A stretch of 64,000 bases of DNA, taken from Thermoproteota archaeon. Lineage in GTDB: Archaea; Thermoproteota; Thermoprotei; Gearchaeales; Gearchaeaceae. Shown piece by piece: positions 19,462 through 28,596 of the stretch. Position 1 is the first letter of the stretch, and every line of letters begins with the position of its first letter. Below the pieces are notes generated by a model. It had not been told where the DNA came from, did no database searches, and was given only the letters and a program-made list of their open reading frames with translations. The stretch lies in contig JAVVGF010000002.1 of assembly GCA_032249235.1 (NCBI GenBank), positions 1 to 64,000 of the forward strand, written 5' to 3'. A program made the position numbers and the translations under genes.

Positions 19462-21162
19462 GTGGATAAGATAAGAGCTGACGTAATAGTGATAGGAGCT
19501 GGAGCTGCAGGATTGAGAGCCGCAATAGAAGCTGCAAGCATTGATTCTAAATTGAGAATAGCACTGATTTCAAAGGTATATCCTATGAGAAGTCATACAG
19601 TTTCTGCAGAAGGAGGTGCCGCTGCTGTAATAAAAGAATATGATAATTTTGATTCGCATGCTTATGATACAATTAAAGGTAGTGATTTCCTAGCAGATCA
19701 AGATGCTGTTGAGTTATTCGTCAGACTAGCTCCTCAAGAACTTTTGAATTTAGAGAAATGGGGTCTTCCATGGGCAAGAGATGAAAATGGAAGGATGGCT
19801 GCAAGGGCATTTGGAGGTATGTCTGTTAAAAGAACATTCTTTGCTGCAGACAAAACAGGATTTTACATTCTTCACACTCTATTTCAAAGATCTCTGATGT
19901 ATGATAATATTGAAAGATATGATGAATGGTTCGTTACTTCTTTAATTGTTGAAAAAGGAAGATTTAAAGGATTGACTGCAATAGATATAAAAAACGGCAC
20001 ACTACATTACTTTGAAGGTAAGGCTGCAATAATATGCACAGGAGGTATTGGACAACTTTATAAGACGACATCTAACGGTGCAATAAATACTGGTGATGGT
20101 ATGGCTCTTGCTTATAGAGTAGGCGCGCCGCTAAAAGATATGGAATTTGTTCAATTCCATCCAACAGGTCTTCCTGGAAAAGGTTTTTTAATAACTGAAG
20201 CTGCAAGAGGTGAAGGAGGATATCTTTTGAACAACAAATATGAAAGATTCATGAAAAAATATGCACCTGAAAAACTGGAACTTGCAGCAAGAGATGTGGT
20301 TTCAAGGGCTATATATTACGAGATAAAAGAAGGAAGAGGTTTTGAAGGAAAATATGGAGCTTATGTCGGACTTGATATTAGACATTTAGGAAAAGAAGTC
20401 ATAGAGAAGAAATTACCTACAGTTAAGGAGATGGCTGAAAAATATGCAGGAGTTGATCCATACAATGAATTGATACCTGTAAGACCTACAATGCATTACA
20501 TGATGGGAGGAGTTCATACAAATAAGAATGCAGAAACTCCAATAGCAGGATTGTATGCTGCAGGTGAAGCTGCATGTGTTAGCATAAATGGAGCAAATAG
20601 ATTGGGATCAAATTCCTTAACAGAATGTCTTGTTTTCGGGGCAATAGCTGGAAGAAACGCAGCTAACTTTGCATTAAGACACGATTATGTCGAAGTAAAT
20701 AAAGAGGAAGTATTGAATGAAGAAAAAAGAATATTTGAAGGATTGCTTAAAAAAGAAAACGGTATACCTGCTTCAGAGATAATTTTTGAATTGAAAGACA
20801 CAATGGAGGAAAAAGTAGGAATAATTAGAAATGGAAAAGAACTTGAAGAAGCTTTCGCAAACATAATGAAGCTAAAGGAAAAGTTCAAGCAAGTAAGCGT
20901 TTTGGACAAAAGCAAAATCTACAATACTGATTTTATACAAGTTTTGGAATTAGATTTCATGCTAGATGTTGCAGAAGCCATAACTTATTCAGCTTTGAAA
21001 AGAAAGGAATCTAGAGGAGCGCATTATAGAATTGATTATCCTAAAAGAGATGATGAACATTTCTTAGCACATCAATTGATCTATAAGACAGAATATGAAC
21101 CGAGAATAGAACTTTTACCTGTTGTAATAACTAGATGGCAACCTATAGAAAGGAAGTATTGA
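19462..21162 (+). CDS. frdA: Fumarate reductase/succinate dehydrogenase flavoprotein
   Basis: GAGAAG, RSHTVSAEGG (covalent FAD His), QFHPT, TEAARGEGG, HYMMGG and GANRLGSNSL motifs. Confidence 0.93.
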   Translation: MDKIRADVIVIGAGAAGLRAAIEAASIDSKLRIALISKVYPMRSHTVSAEGGAAAVIKEYDNFDSHAYDTIKGSDFLADQDAVELFVRLAPQELLNLEKWGLPWARDENGRMAARAFGGMSVKRTFFAADKTGFYILHTLFQRSLMYDNIERYDEWFVTSLIVEKGRFKGLTAIDIKNGTLHYFEGKAAIICTGGIGQLYKTTSNGAINTGDGMALAYRVGAPLKDMEFVQFHPTGLPGKGFLITEAARGEGGYLLNNKYERFMKKYAPEKLELAARDVVSRAIYYEIKEGRGFEGKYGAYVGLDIRHLGKEVIEKKLPTVKEMAEKYAGVDPYNELIPVRPTMHYMMGGVHTNKNAETPIAGLYAAGEAACVSINGANRLGSNSLTECLVFGAIAGRNAANFALRHDYVEVNKEEVLNEEKRIFEGLLKKENGIPASEIIFELKDTMEEKVGIIRNGKELEEAFANIMKLKEKFKQVSVLDKSKIYNTDFIQVLELDFMLDVAEAITYSALKRKESRGAHYRIDYPKRDDEHFLAHQLIYKTEYEPRIELLPVVITRWQPIERKY

Positions 21163-21163
21163 G

Positions 21164-21859
21164 ATGAGCGAAGTAAAAATATTAGTCAAACGTTTTGATC
21201 CTGATTCTAAAAAAACATATATTAGCGAATATAAGGTCTTAGCTGAAGATGACACAATGGTTCTAGATGCTTTAATTCATATAAAGAATAAAATAGATAG
21301 GACCTTAACATTTAGATATTCATGCAGAATGGGAATATGCGGTAGTTGTGGAATGGTGATAAATGGAAAACCTTTGCTAGCATGCCAAACAAGAATAAAG
21401 GAATTAAAAGAACCAATTGTTGTAGAGCCGCTTTATAACTTCGATATTATCAAAGACTTGGTTGTAGACTTTGAAATTTTCATGGACTATCTTAAGGAAA
21501 TGAAACCGTATATAATAAGGAAAGAGGAATTGAAGGAAGTAATAATAAAACCAGAAGAACAAGAGGTGATAGCTAATCCTAGCGCATGTATAAATTGCAT
21601 GTTATGCTATGCAGCATGCCCAGTATTTGGTTATGATCAAACGTTCAAAGGACCTGCCGCTCTTTCATTGTTATATAGATACCTGATGGATCCTATAGAC
21701 CAAGCTGAAGAAGAAAGACTTAAAATTGCGAATAATAAAGATGCTGTATGGAAATGCAGTTTTTGGGGCGAATGTTCAAATGCATGTCCTAAAGGTGTTG
21801 ATCCTGCTTTTTCAATTCAAAGATTAAAATTAATGCTTGCTATTAAATCATTGAGATGA
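21164..21859 (+). CDS. frdB: Fumarate reductase/SDH iron-sulfur subunit
   Basis: SCRMGICGSC, CINCMLCYAACP and CSFWGECSNACP motifs. Confidence 0.92.
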   Translation: MSEVKILVKRFDPDSKKTYISEYKVLAEDDTMVLDALIHIKNKIDRTLTFRYSCRMGICGSCGMVINGKPLLACQTRIKELKEPIVVEPLYNFDIIKDLVVDFEIFMDYLKEMKPYIIRKEELKEVIIKPEEQEVIANPSACINCMLCYAACPVFGYDQTFKGPAALSLLYRYLMDPIDQAEEERLKIANNKDAVWKCSFWGECSNACPKGVDPAFSIQRLKLMLAIKSLR

Positions 21860-22200
21860 AGACAAAAGTTGGATATTTTAGGAATGCTAGATATACATTC
21901 AAATTTTTAAGAGAAATCTCAAGCTTCGTAATTGCACTTTATGGCATATATTTGTTGCTTAAACTCTTATCTTACAACAATAAATCATATATGATTCTAT
22001 TTTCAAGCCCTCTGCAAATTGCTATAGCTATCATAGTAATGATTTTTGCATTGATCCATTCTATATCTTGGTTTTATTTAATGCCTAAAATAATTAGAAT
22101 TAAAATAAATAAAAAATATATAAATAGCGAAATAATATTTGCTTCATCTTTGTTGATTTTCATATTAATTTCAATAATTTTAATAATTGCATTAATATGA
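21856..22200 (+). CDS. frdC: Fumarate reductase membrane anchor C
   Basis: FLREISS, HSISWF...PK and three TM helices, which is FrdC-like. Confidence 0.75.
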   Translation: MKTKVGYFRNARYTFKFLREISSFVIALYGIYLLLKLLSYNNKSYMILFSSPLQIAIAIIVMIFALIHSISWFYLMPKIIRIKINKKYINSEIIFASSLLIFILISIILIIALI

Positions 22201-22526
22201 GTAGATCTCATGCAATCACTTGGGCATTATTTGCTGCAACAGCAACAATAGCTGCTTTACTATTTCCTGCATTATTATTTTATTTAGAAATAATGCAATA
22301 TTTTGGTTATGATATAACAAGACTAATCAATCAAATCATAAATAATATAATCTTTAGAGTAATATTTTTTATAATAATTGCATCTGGAATATATCATGGA
22401 TTCTATCGTTTTAAAGCGATATTACAAGAACAAGTACCTAAATTTGAAAATCAAATTGAAATATTAATGCTAGGAATTGCTATTATTTTTATAATTATAG
22501 CATTATACGTTACTATAATAATCTAA
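22197..22526 (+). CDS. frdD: Fumarate reductase membrane anchor D
   Basis: WALFAA...AALLFP and YHGFYR, which is FrdD-like. Confidence 0.75.
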   Translation: MSRSHAITWALFAATATIAALLFPALLFYLEIMQYFGYDITRLINQIINNIIFRVIFFIIIASGIYHGFYRFKAILQEQVPKFENQIEILMLGIAIIFIIIALYVTIII

Positions 22527-23414
22527 TAAATGATTTTTTTCTTGTAGTTCTGATACTACTATTTTGCCATTCAGATTTTTTGATAATTCTTTTATAACAC
22601 GCTCTAGATGATCCTTGTCTATTAAGCCATGAACAGCCTTTCCAATCATATTTTGAGCAACTCCTTTGAAACCAATTTTAAGCATGAAGTTCATCAAGTA
22701 TTGAAGATAGTTATCTGCAAAGCCTGCTTTAATTGCAAATATTCTTGCTTTATCGAGCAATGAATAGGCATCATCTATATGTTTCATTAAATCTTCAGCT
22801 AAAGCATTAACAATTTTTTTCTTCTCTTCAGATTGCAAAATAGTTGCTTTATCTATATTAGAAATTACAATCGATACCAAAACATCATTTTGATCAACTT
22901 TGAGTTCTTTAGTTTTACAAATACAAGGTCCTCCTGCTTCAATGATTAATCCGCAAGAACCTTTGAATGAAGATAAGCCGGCTACGGTACCTAAACCTGT
23001 TAAGGACAAAATCTCTGCTTCATGAGCTATATTAGCAAGTTCACAATAAGGAGCTTTAATATCGAATAAATCGGCAATTGCAAAAACAGCACCTAAAGCA
23101 CCAGAGCCGCTTGTTCCAAAGCCGCATCCTATAGGTACTTCTATTTTATGAACTAAACGAACATTTTCATTAATTTGAAATTTCTTTTTGAATAATTCAA
23201 TGACTTTTAAGCTAGTCTTTCCCTCTTCCTTAATTCCGTTTATGAAAACCTCATCAACTTCACTTATCTCAGCATAAGTATAAGTTCCTAATTTAAGCCT
23301 AAAACCGCCACCTTTAGCACCTTCTAATTCTAAATCTCTGTTTCCTTCATAACAAATTTGAAAAATGCTTGAAAGACCTGCTGGAACATAAACTGTTCTA
23401 GATCTTTCTTTCAT
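22503..23414 (-). CDS. Pantoate kinase (GHMP family)
   Basis: VPIGCGFGTSG, AHEAEI...TGLGTV and AQNMIG motifs. Confidence 0.82.
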   Translation of the reverse strand: MKERSRTVYVPAGLSSIFQICYEGNRDLELEGAKGGGFRLKLGTYTYAEISEVDEVFINGIKEEGKTSLKVIELFKKKFQINENVRLVHKIEVPIGCGFGTSGSGALGAVFAIADLFDIKAPYCELANIAHEAEILSLTGLGTVAGLSSFKGSCGLIIEAGGPCICKTKELKVDQNDVLVSIVISNIDKATILQSEEKKKIVNALAEDLMKHIDDAYSLLDKARIFAIKAGFADNYLQYLMNFMLKIGFKGVAQNMIGKAVHGLIDKDHLERVIKELSKNLNGKIVVSELQEKNHLLDYYSNV

Positions 23415-24177
23415 AAACTCTAGGACTTATAGCACCTAGCACTATAGATAATATTCCTGCAATAAAGCTAAATATAGCAGCTTCTCCAACGTTAAAATAA
23501 GAGACGAAGAAATCCTTCAATGGAAAACCTACCAAATAAGAGAAAACTATTAGTATTATACCAATAAAAATTGCCAACATGCTTACAATTGGAACGTTTC
23601 CAGATTGCATTTTTATAGCCATGGGCATGATTGGTGAAAGATATCTTACCAATAAAGGCACGATCACATACATGAAAGGTAGCATGGTAACAACCCAGTA
23701 AAGCATCAAACCAATTGCTAATATTAGCCTACCTGTCAAAGATAAATCTCCTATAGCTTGAATAAGTATTCCTAAAGAAAAAGCTACTCCTATACCTGCA
23801 ATGAAATTCCCTACAATTAAAGTAACTAAAGTAACCCATACAAAATCTTGCAAAGTATTATATCTCTTTATAAGATAACCAAACAATAAGAATCCTATAA
23901 AGTTTGCTGGAACTCCAGCAGCTAAGGAAAGCAAAGGATTGCTAAGATGCATAGGCCATAAACCTGCAACATCGCCTAGAAAAGTGCCTATTGCTGCACC
24001 TATTGCAGCCACCCACGGGCCGCCTATGAATGCAAAGAAAGCTGGTATCACTACGGTTGGTCTGAAGTGTCCAATGCCCCATGGAGTTGGTATCATGGAA
24101 AATGCAACGATTGAAACAGCATATAATGCAGCACACATCGCAGTTAATGCTATAAATCTTGTTCTTCTTAATTGCAT
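23398..24177 (-). CDS. ECF transporter substrate-binding S component (extended)
   Basis: IALTAMCAALY, FRP.VVIPA and GAAIGTFLGD motifs in a polytopic protein. Confidence 0.72.
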   Translation of the reverse strand: MQLRRTRFIALTAMCAALYAVSIVAFSMIPTPWGIGHFRPTVVIPAFFAFIGGPWVAAIGAAIGTFLGDVAGLWPMHLSNPLLSLAAGVPANFIGFLLFGYLIKRYNTLQDFVWVTLVTLIVGNFIAGIGVAFSLGILIQAIGDLSLTGRLILAIGLMLYWVVTMLPFMYVIVPLLVRYLSPIMPMAIKMQSGNVPIVSMLAIFIGIILIVFSYLVGFPLKDFFVSYFNVGEAAIFSFIAGILSIVLGAISPRVYERKI

Positions 24178-24236
24178 AAGATAAAAAATTTCAAAAGACT
24201 TTTTTATACTTAGTTATAGATGTTTAAACAATTTAA

Positions 24237-25787
24237 TCAAAAAAGATCTGAATCTTGAACATAACTTTTGCCCAATTTCAATGCAATATAAGCTTTCTGA
24301 AGTTCAGAACCCAAATATGCAGCATGATCTATTTTTGAAATTAGGCCCATTTCAGAAATTTTTCTATAAATCGCTGAAGGATTCTTACCTCTTATTATAA
24401 GCGTAGTCCTAGCATCTCTGTACGATGCCTTATAATGAACAATTATTTCTTGTTTATTTCTATCTATGTATATTTTAAACCAACCTTTAGGATCATGTAT
24501 ATAATAGCCTTCATTTCCTTCGACATAAATAACTTCAGCATTCTCTTCTTCTGGAATTTCGTCTTTCAATTTTTTGTCTCTTAATATTAATAAGTCATAA
24601 CCAATTCCTTTAGGATAAGTATTCTTTAATCTTGATATGAAGCCCATTTTGGTTGCTATGCCTAATTCTTTGATAACGCCTCGGCATTTATCGCTAACCT
24701 CTGTACTCAAAATAAAAGAAGCTCTTAGCTCATATGCCATCATAGTTAATAAAGCATTCATTCCTGGAGTATCTGCATCGATTAATTCTGTTATATTACC
24801 CGTACCTATGAGTATGGGTAAACTTGGATTTCTTTGCCTTAAAATTCTATACGCAACTAAAGAATCTATAAAGGATTTAGAAAAAGGAGGATCGAGGATC
24901 ACATCAGCTATGAGATTTTTATAACCTTTATTTCTCGCATTGAGAATAATTTTCTCCAATAATTCTACTCTCTCTTCATGAAACTTAGGAAAATATGATG
25001 TTGATAAGTCAATAGGAACTACTACATAATGAACATTGTCTTTTACAATTACTTTATCTAATAAACTTAAATCTAAACTTATAACCATATCTATACCTGC
25101 CTTGATCGCTTCGTTTATCTCTTCAGCTTCCATGGAATCAATGCTTAGAGGTAAATTTGTTACTTCCCTTAAAGCTTCTATAATTTTTTTAATTTTATCA
25201 GCATTGTTTTCGCTCGCAATCATTCCAATATCGATTATATTCGCTCCTGAATTTGCATAATACAAAGCTTTAGCCTTTAGTTCATTTAAAGATAACTCAG
25301 GAGCGTCGACAATTTCTGCTATAATTCTAACAGGGAAATCTATTCCATATTTTAATCCTCTTATTTCATAATTTCCTTCCTTATTAGCTATTTTTGAATC
25401 ATGTTCTATCTTAGATATTTCATCTTCAACAAACTTCTTTAATCGTTCTTTTATTAGTTCGTCAGCAGGTATTTCCTTAGAAAGTTCGCTAATATTAAAG
25501 TTGTTGATGACAAGAGGAATGTCATATGCATGCTTAGGTCCTTTAACAACTTTTATTCCGAGTTCTTTTTCAATAATACTTAGATCTCCTCTTACTAAGC
25601 CCGGTACCATTATACATTCAATATCTCGGGTTATATGCGACTTTATTTCTCTAAGAATATAAGCAGGTCTCATAAGAGAAGCGACAGGAAAGTTGAGAAC
25701 TACGACCTTAACTGGTTTATTGCATTTTCTAGCCTGTTCTTCAACTATTTTACTGGCTAATTGACCTGTTACTAGCAAAATAACCAT
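24237..25787 (-). CDS. Dihydropteroate synthase-related protein (methanopterin pathway; C-terminal DUF4346-like)
   Basis: LLVTGQLA, IAEIVDAP, IIDIG, SIDS, GNITELIDADTPG, DPKG.F and HAAYLGSEL.KA...YVQD motifs. Confidence 0.85.
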   Translation of the reverse strand: MVILLVTGQLASKIVEEQARKCNKPVKVVVLNFPVASLMRPAYILREIKSHITRDIECIMVPGLVRGDLSIIEKELGIKVVKGPKHAYDIPLVINNFNISELSKEIPADELIKERLKKFVEDEISKIEHDSKIANKEGNYEIRGLKYGIDFPVRIIAEIVDAPELSLNELKAKALYYANSGANIIDIGMIASENNADKIKKIIEALREVTNLPLSIDSMEAEEINEAIKAGIDMVISLDLSLLDKVIVKDNVHYVVVPIDLSTSYFPKFHEERVELLEKIILNARNKGYKNLIADVILDPPFSKSFIDSLVAYRILRQRNPSLPILIGTGNITELIDADTPGMNALLTMMAYELRASFILSTEVSDKCRGVIKELGIATKMGFISRLKNTYPKGIGYDLLILRDKKLKDEIPEEENAEVIYVEGNEGYYIHDPKGWFKIYIDRNKQEIIVHYKASYRDARTTLIIRGKNPSAIYRKISEMGLISKIDHAAYLGSELQKAYIALKLGKSYVQDSDLF

Positions 25788-25831
25788 ATAACGCCGTTTA
25801 AAATAAGATATACAATTTAGATAATATACTT

Positions 25832-26473
25832 ATGCCTATTAAAGAGAAACTGAAACTCATATTTCAGCCTAACATTATTTATGAAGGTATAATAACTTTT
25901 GAAAAAGAAAACGGATTGCCTCATATGGCATCGATGGGATTTTTATTCAACAATGAATTTGATATGATTGTAAGACCGTTTAAAGATACGCAAAGTTACA
26001 AATACATTAAGGAGAAGAAGAAGGCGGTGATGAATATTGTAAATGATGTAGAATTATTTTTTAAAGCTACATACGGAGAATTTTCTCCAGACGAATTTCA
26101 ACCTTCATACAAACTCAAAATTCCTAGACTTAAGGTTTCTAATCTTTACATAGAAACACAGTTAAAAGAAATAAAAGAAGATGATGTTAGAGCTAGTTTC
26201 ATATTAGAACCAGTATATGTTTATGCAAAGAAGGTTTATGAAAGACCTTTTACTCGTGTTGAATTTGCGGTTATTGAAACTCTTATACATTCTACAAGAA
26301 TCAGAGTATTTTTAAATATGAAGGTATACGACGAAGTTGAGAGGATGATTTCTTTGATAGATCATTATGAAAAATTAGTTCGCAGAATTGCTCCTAATAC
26401 AAAATATCAAGAAATAATGGAAAAAATAAGCAAAATAGTAGAAGATTTATTAAAATTCAAAAGTGATAATTGA
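25832..26473 (+). CDS. DUF447 family split-barrel protein
   Basis: YEGIIT...PHMASMG...PFKDTQSY and AVIETLIHSTRI. Typical neighbour of RFAP synthase. Confidence 0.78.
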   Translation: MPIKEKLKLIFQPNIIYEGIITFEKENGLPHMASMGFLFNNEFDMIVRPFKDTQSYKYIKEKKKAVMNIVNDVELFFKATYGEFSPDEFQPSYKLKIPRLKVSNLYIETQLKEIKEDDVRASFILEPVYVYAKKVYERPFTRVEFAVIETLIHSTRIRVFLNMKVYDEVERMISLIDHYEKLVRRIAPNTKYQEIMEKISKIVEDLLKFKSDN

Positions 26474-27383
26474 AACACCCTCGAGGCTTCATTTTGGAAT
26501 TGTCAACATAAATAACATAAATTATCCACTCTATAAGTGTGCTGGCTGTGCTATCCAAGAACCTAGACTTGTAGCTTCGTTTGAAGAAAATGATGAATTG
26601 ATAATCGAAGGAATCAACAGAAGAGAATTAATTGAAAGATTTATTGAATATGCGAAGGAATTCAATAAGAAAGTAAAATTCAGAATTTTAAGCGAAATCC
26701 CAAGCCATGCAGGATTAGGTTCTACTACACAAATTTGCTTAAGCTTTTCCTATTCCTTGCATAATGTTAACAAGAAATATTTTGATCCATACAAAGAAGC
26801 TAAAAAGTTAAAGCTAGGAAATATTTCTGGAATAGGAATTGCGGCATTCATTAACGGTGGCTTCATTATAGATTCTGGTAAAAATAAAGATGACGATATT
26901 GCAAATGTTGAATTCAGATGCAATTTTCCAGAAGATTGGGTATTCCTTTTAATTTTGGATAAAAGATTGAAAAAAGGGTTATCAGAAGAAGTAGAGTATG
27001 AAATCATCAAGAGACTTCCTGCTACAAGAAAAGAGAATATCGAGGAAATGTATGATCTATTGCAGAGCATGAAAGATGCGATGAAAGAAAAAGATATTGA
27101 AAAGTTTGGTAAATCGTTAACTAGATTCCAATATTTAGTTGGTTTTAATTTTAAAGAAGCACAAGGAGGAATCTTTTCTTCACCTATTATTCAGGAATAT
27201 GTTGACTTTTTACTTAAAAATGGAGCTTATGGAGCTGGCCAAAGCTCTTGGGGTCCTTTGGTTTATGCTCTTTATCAAAAAGATAATCTAAAAATAAACA
27301 TACTAAAAGAGAAATTATCAAAAGATGTAGAAATTAAAATTGCTATAGCAGATAATTATGGATACAGGATTAAGAAGATATGA
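26463..27383 (+). CDS. Beta-ribofuranosylaminobenzene 5'-phosphate (RFAP) synthase
   Basis: TPSRLHFG, HAGLGSTTQ, SGIGIAAF..GGFIIDSG and GQSSWGP motifs. Confidence 0.9.
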   Translation: MIIETPSRLHFGIVNINNINYPLYKCAGCAIQEPRLVASFEENDELIIEGINRRELIERFIEYAKEFNKKVKFRILSEIPSHAGLGSTTQICLSFSYSLHNVNKKYFDPYKEAKKLKLGNISGIGIAAFINGGFIIDSGKNKDDDIANVEFRCNFPEDWVFLLILDKRLKKGLSEEVEYEIIKRLPATRKENIEEMYDLLQSMKDAMKEKDIEKFGKSLTRFQYLVGFNFKEAQGGIFSSPIIQEYVDFLLKNGAYGAGQSSWGPLVYALYQKDNLKINILKEKLSKDVEIKIAIADNYGYRIKKI

Positions 27384-27415
27384 ATTAATAGATAATTTTC
27401 ATAATATATTGTGTA

Positions 27416-28198
27416 ATGTTAACTCTTGATGAATGGTTAAAGATATATGAGGACATTGCAAAACGCTTAAGATTATCACCTGTGGAAGATGAAAGAGCAG
27501 CAGAAATGCTAAATGTTTTAATAAGAAATAGGGGATTAGAACCTTCTCAAATAAAGCCTCTAATTGTGGGAAAACATGCAATCGTTGTTGGTGCTGGTCC
27601 TTCTGTGCTTGAAGATCTTGAAAGCTTAAAAAGAATTAAAAGAGAAAATCTCGTATTCATAACTTGTGATGGTGCTACAAAAGCGTTTATGGAAGTTTTT
27701 GAAACCCATCCTGATATCATAGTTACAGATTTAGATGGATATCCGAAAGAGCAAGTTCTTTGTTCAAAATCTGGCAGTATAGCAATAGTACATGCACATG
27801 GAGATAATAAAATGGAAATTGCTACGTATGTTCCAAAATTAGAAAAAGTAATGGGTACAACGCAAGTGAAACCAAAAGAAAAGGTATACAACTTTGGAGG
27901 GTTTACAGATGGAGACAGAGCAGTATACATTGCAGGTTATTTTAAACCTAAAAGCATTACTTTAGTAGGGATGAACTTAGAAGAAGAAGTCGGTAAATTT
28001 TCAAAGCCAATAATTTTCGATAGAACTAAAAAGATTCAAAAATTAAAGATAGCGAAGGAATTATTGGAGCTATTTGCAAAGAAAAACATAGAAAAGGGCA
28101 ACGAAATACAATTATTTAATCTCACAAATGGAGGTGTCGAAATTGAAGGATTTAAGAGAATAAATATTAAAGAATTTATAAAAATAGTTTATTCTTAA
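27416..28198 (+). CDS. mptE: 6-hydroxymethyl-7,8-dihydropterin pyrophosphokinase
   Basis: GAGPS, DGAT, VTDLDG, HAHGDN and NFGGFTDGDRA motifs. Confidence 0.88.
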   Translation: MLTLDEWLKIYEDIAKRLRLSPVEDERAAEMLNVLIRNRGLEPSQIKPLIVGKHAIVVGAGPSVLEDLESLKRIKRENLVFITCDGATKAFMEVFETHPDIIVTDLDGYPKEQVLCSKSGSIAIVHAHGDNKMEIATYVPKLEKVMGTTQVKPKEKVYNFGGFTDGDRAVYIAGYFKPKSITLVGMNLEEEVGKFSKPIIFDRTKKIQKLKIAKELLELFAKKNIEKGNEIQLFNLTNGGVEIEGFKRINIKEFIKIVYS

Positions 28199-28566
28199 TC
28201 CTCAATTTTTTCAATATACATTAAAGGGTAGTTTAATTCTTTTATGAATTTTAAACGACCTGTTGCAATTATTTTACCATATTTAACTTTTATAACCACA
28301 TCGATGTTATCTTTTGATATTTCGTTGTAATAATATGTATTTTCTTTTTTAACCTTACTCTTAAGTTTAACATTTGCATAAATTCTGAATGGCTGAGAAA
28401 GGATTGCTTCCTCAATAGCCTTTTCTATGTATTTCTTATTTTTTCTTCTAAAAGGAATACCTAGAAATTGGTGATATACGAAGCCTAATGCTATACCTAG
28501 CTCGAATATGGCTCTTTCTTTTTCATTAATGGATTTATCGAAGAAATCTTTAGCAATATCTTCCAT
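28195..28566 (-). CDS. mptD: Archaeal dihydroneopterin aldolase
   Basis: ERAIFELGIALG..YHQF.G.P and ELNYPLMY motifs. Start at ATG 28566. Confidence 0.85.
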   Translation of the reverse strand: MEDIAKDFFDKSINEKERAIFELGIALGFVYHQFLGIPFRRKNKKYIEKAIEEAILSQPFRIYANVKLKSKVKKENTYYYNEISKDNIDVVIKVKYGKIIATGRLKFIKELNYPLMYIEKIED

Positions 28567-28596
28567 ATTTAAGTAATAGTATATAAATAATTTTTG

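Noticed and set aside
19409-19537. Leu/Gln-rich N-terminal extension of NuoA
   Set aside because: It is antisense read-through of the frdA start. The real start is near 19408.
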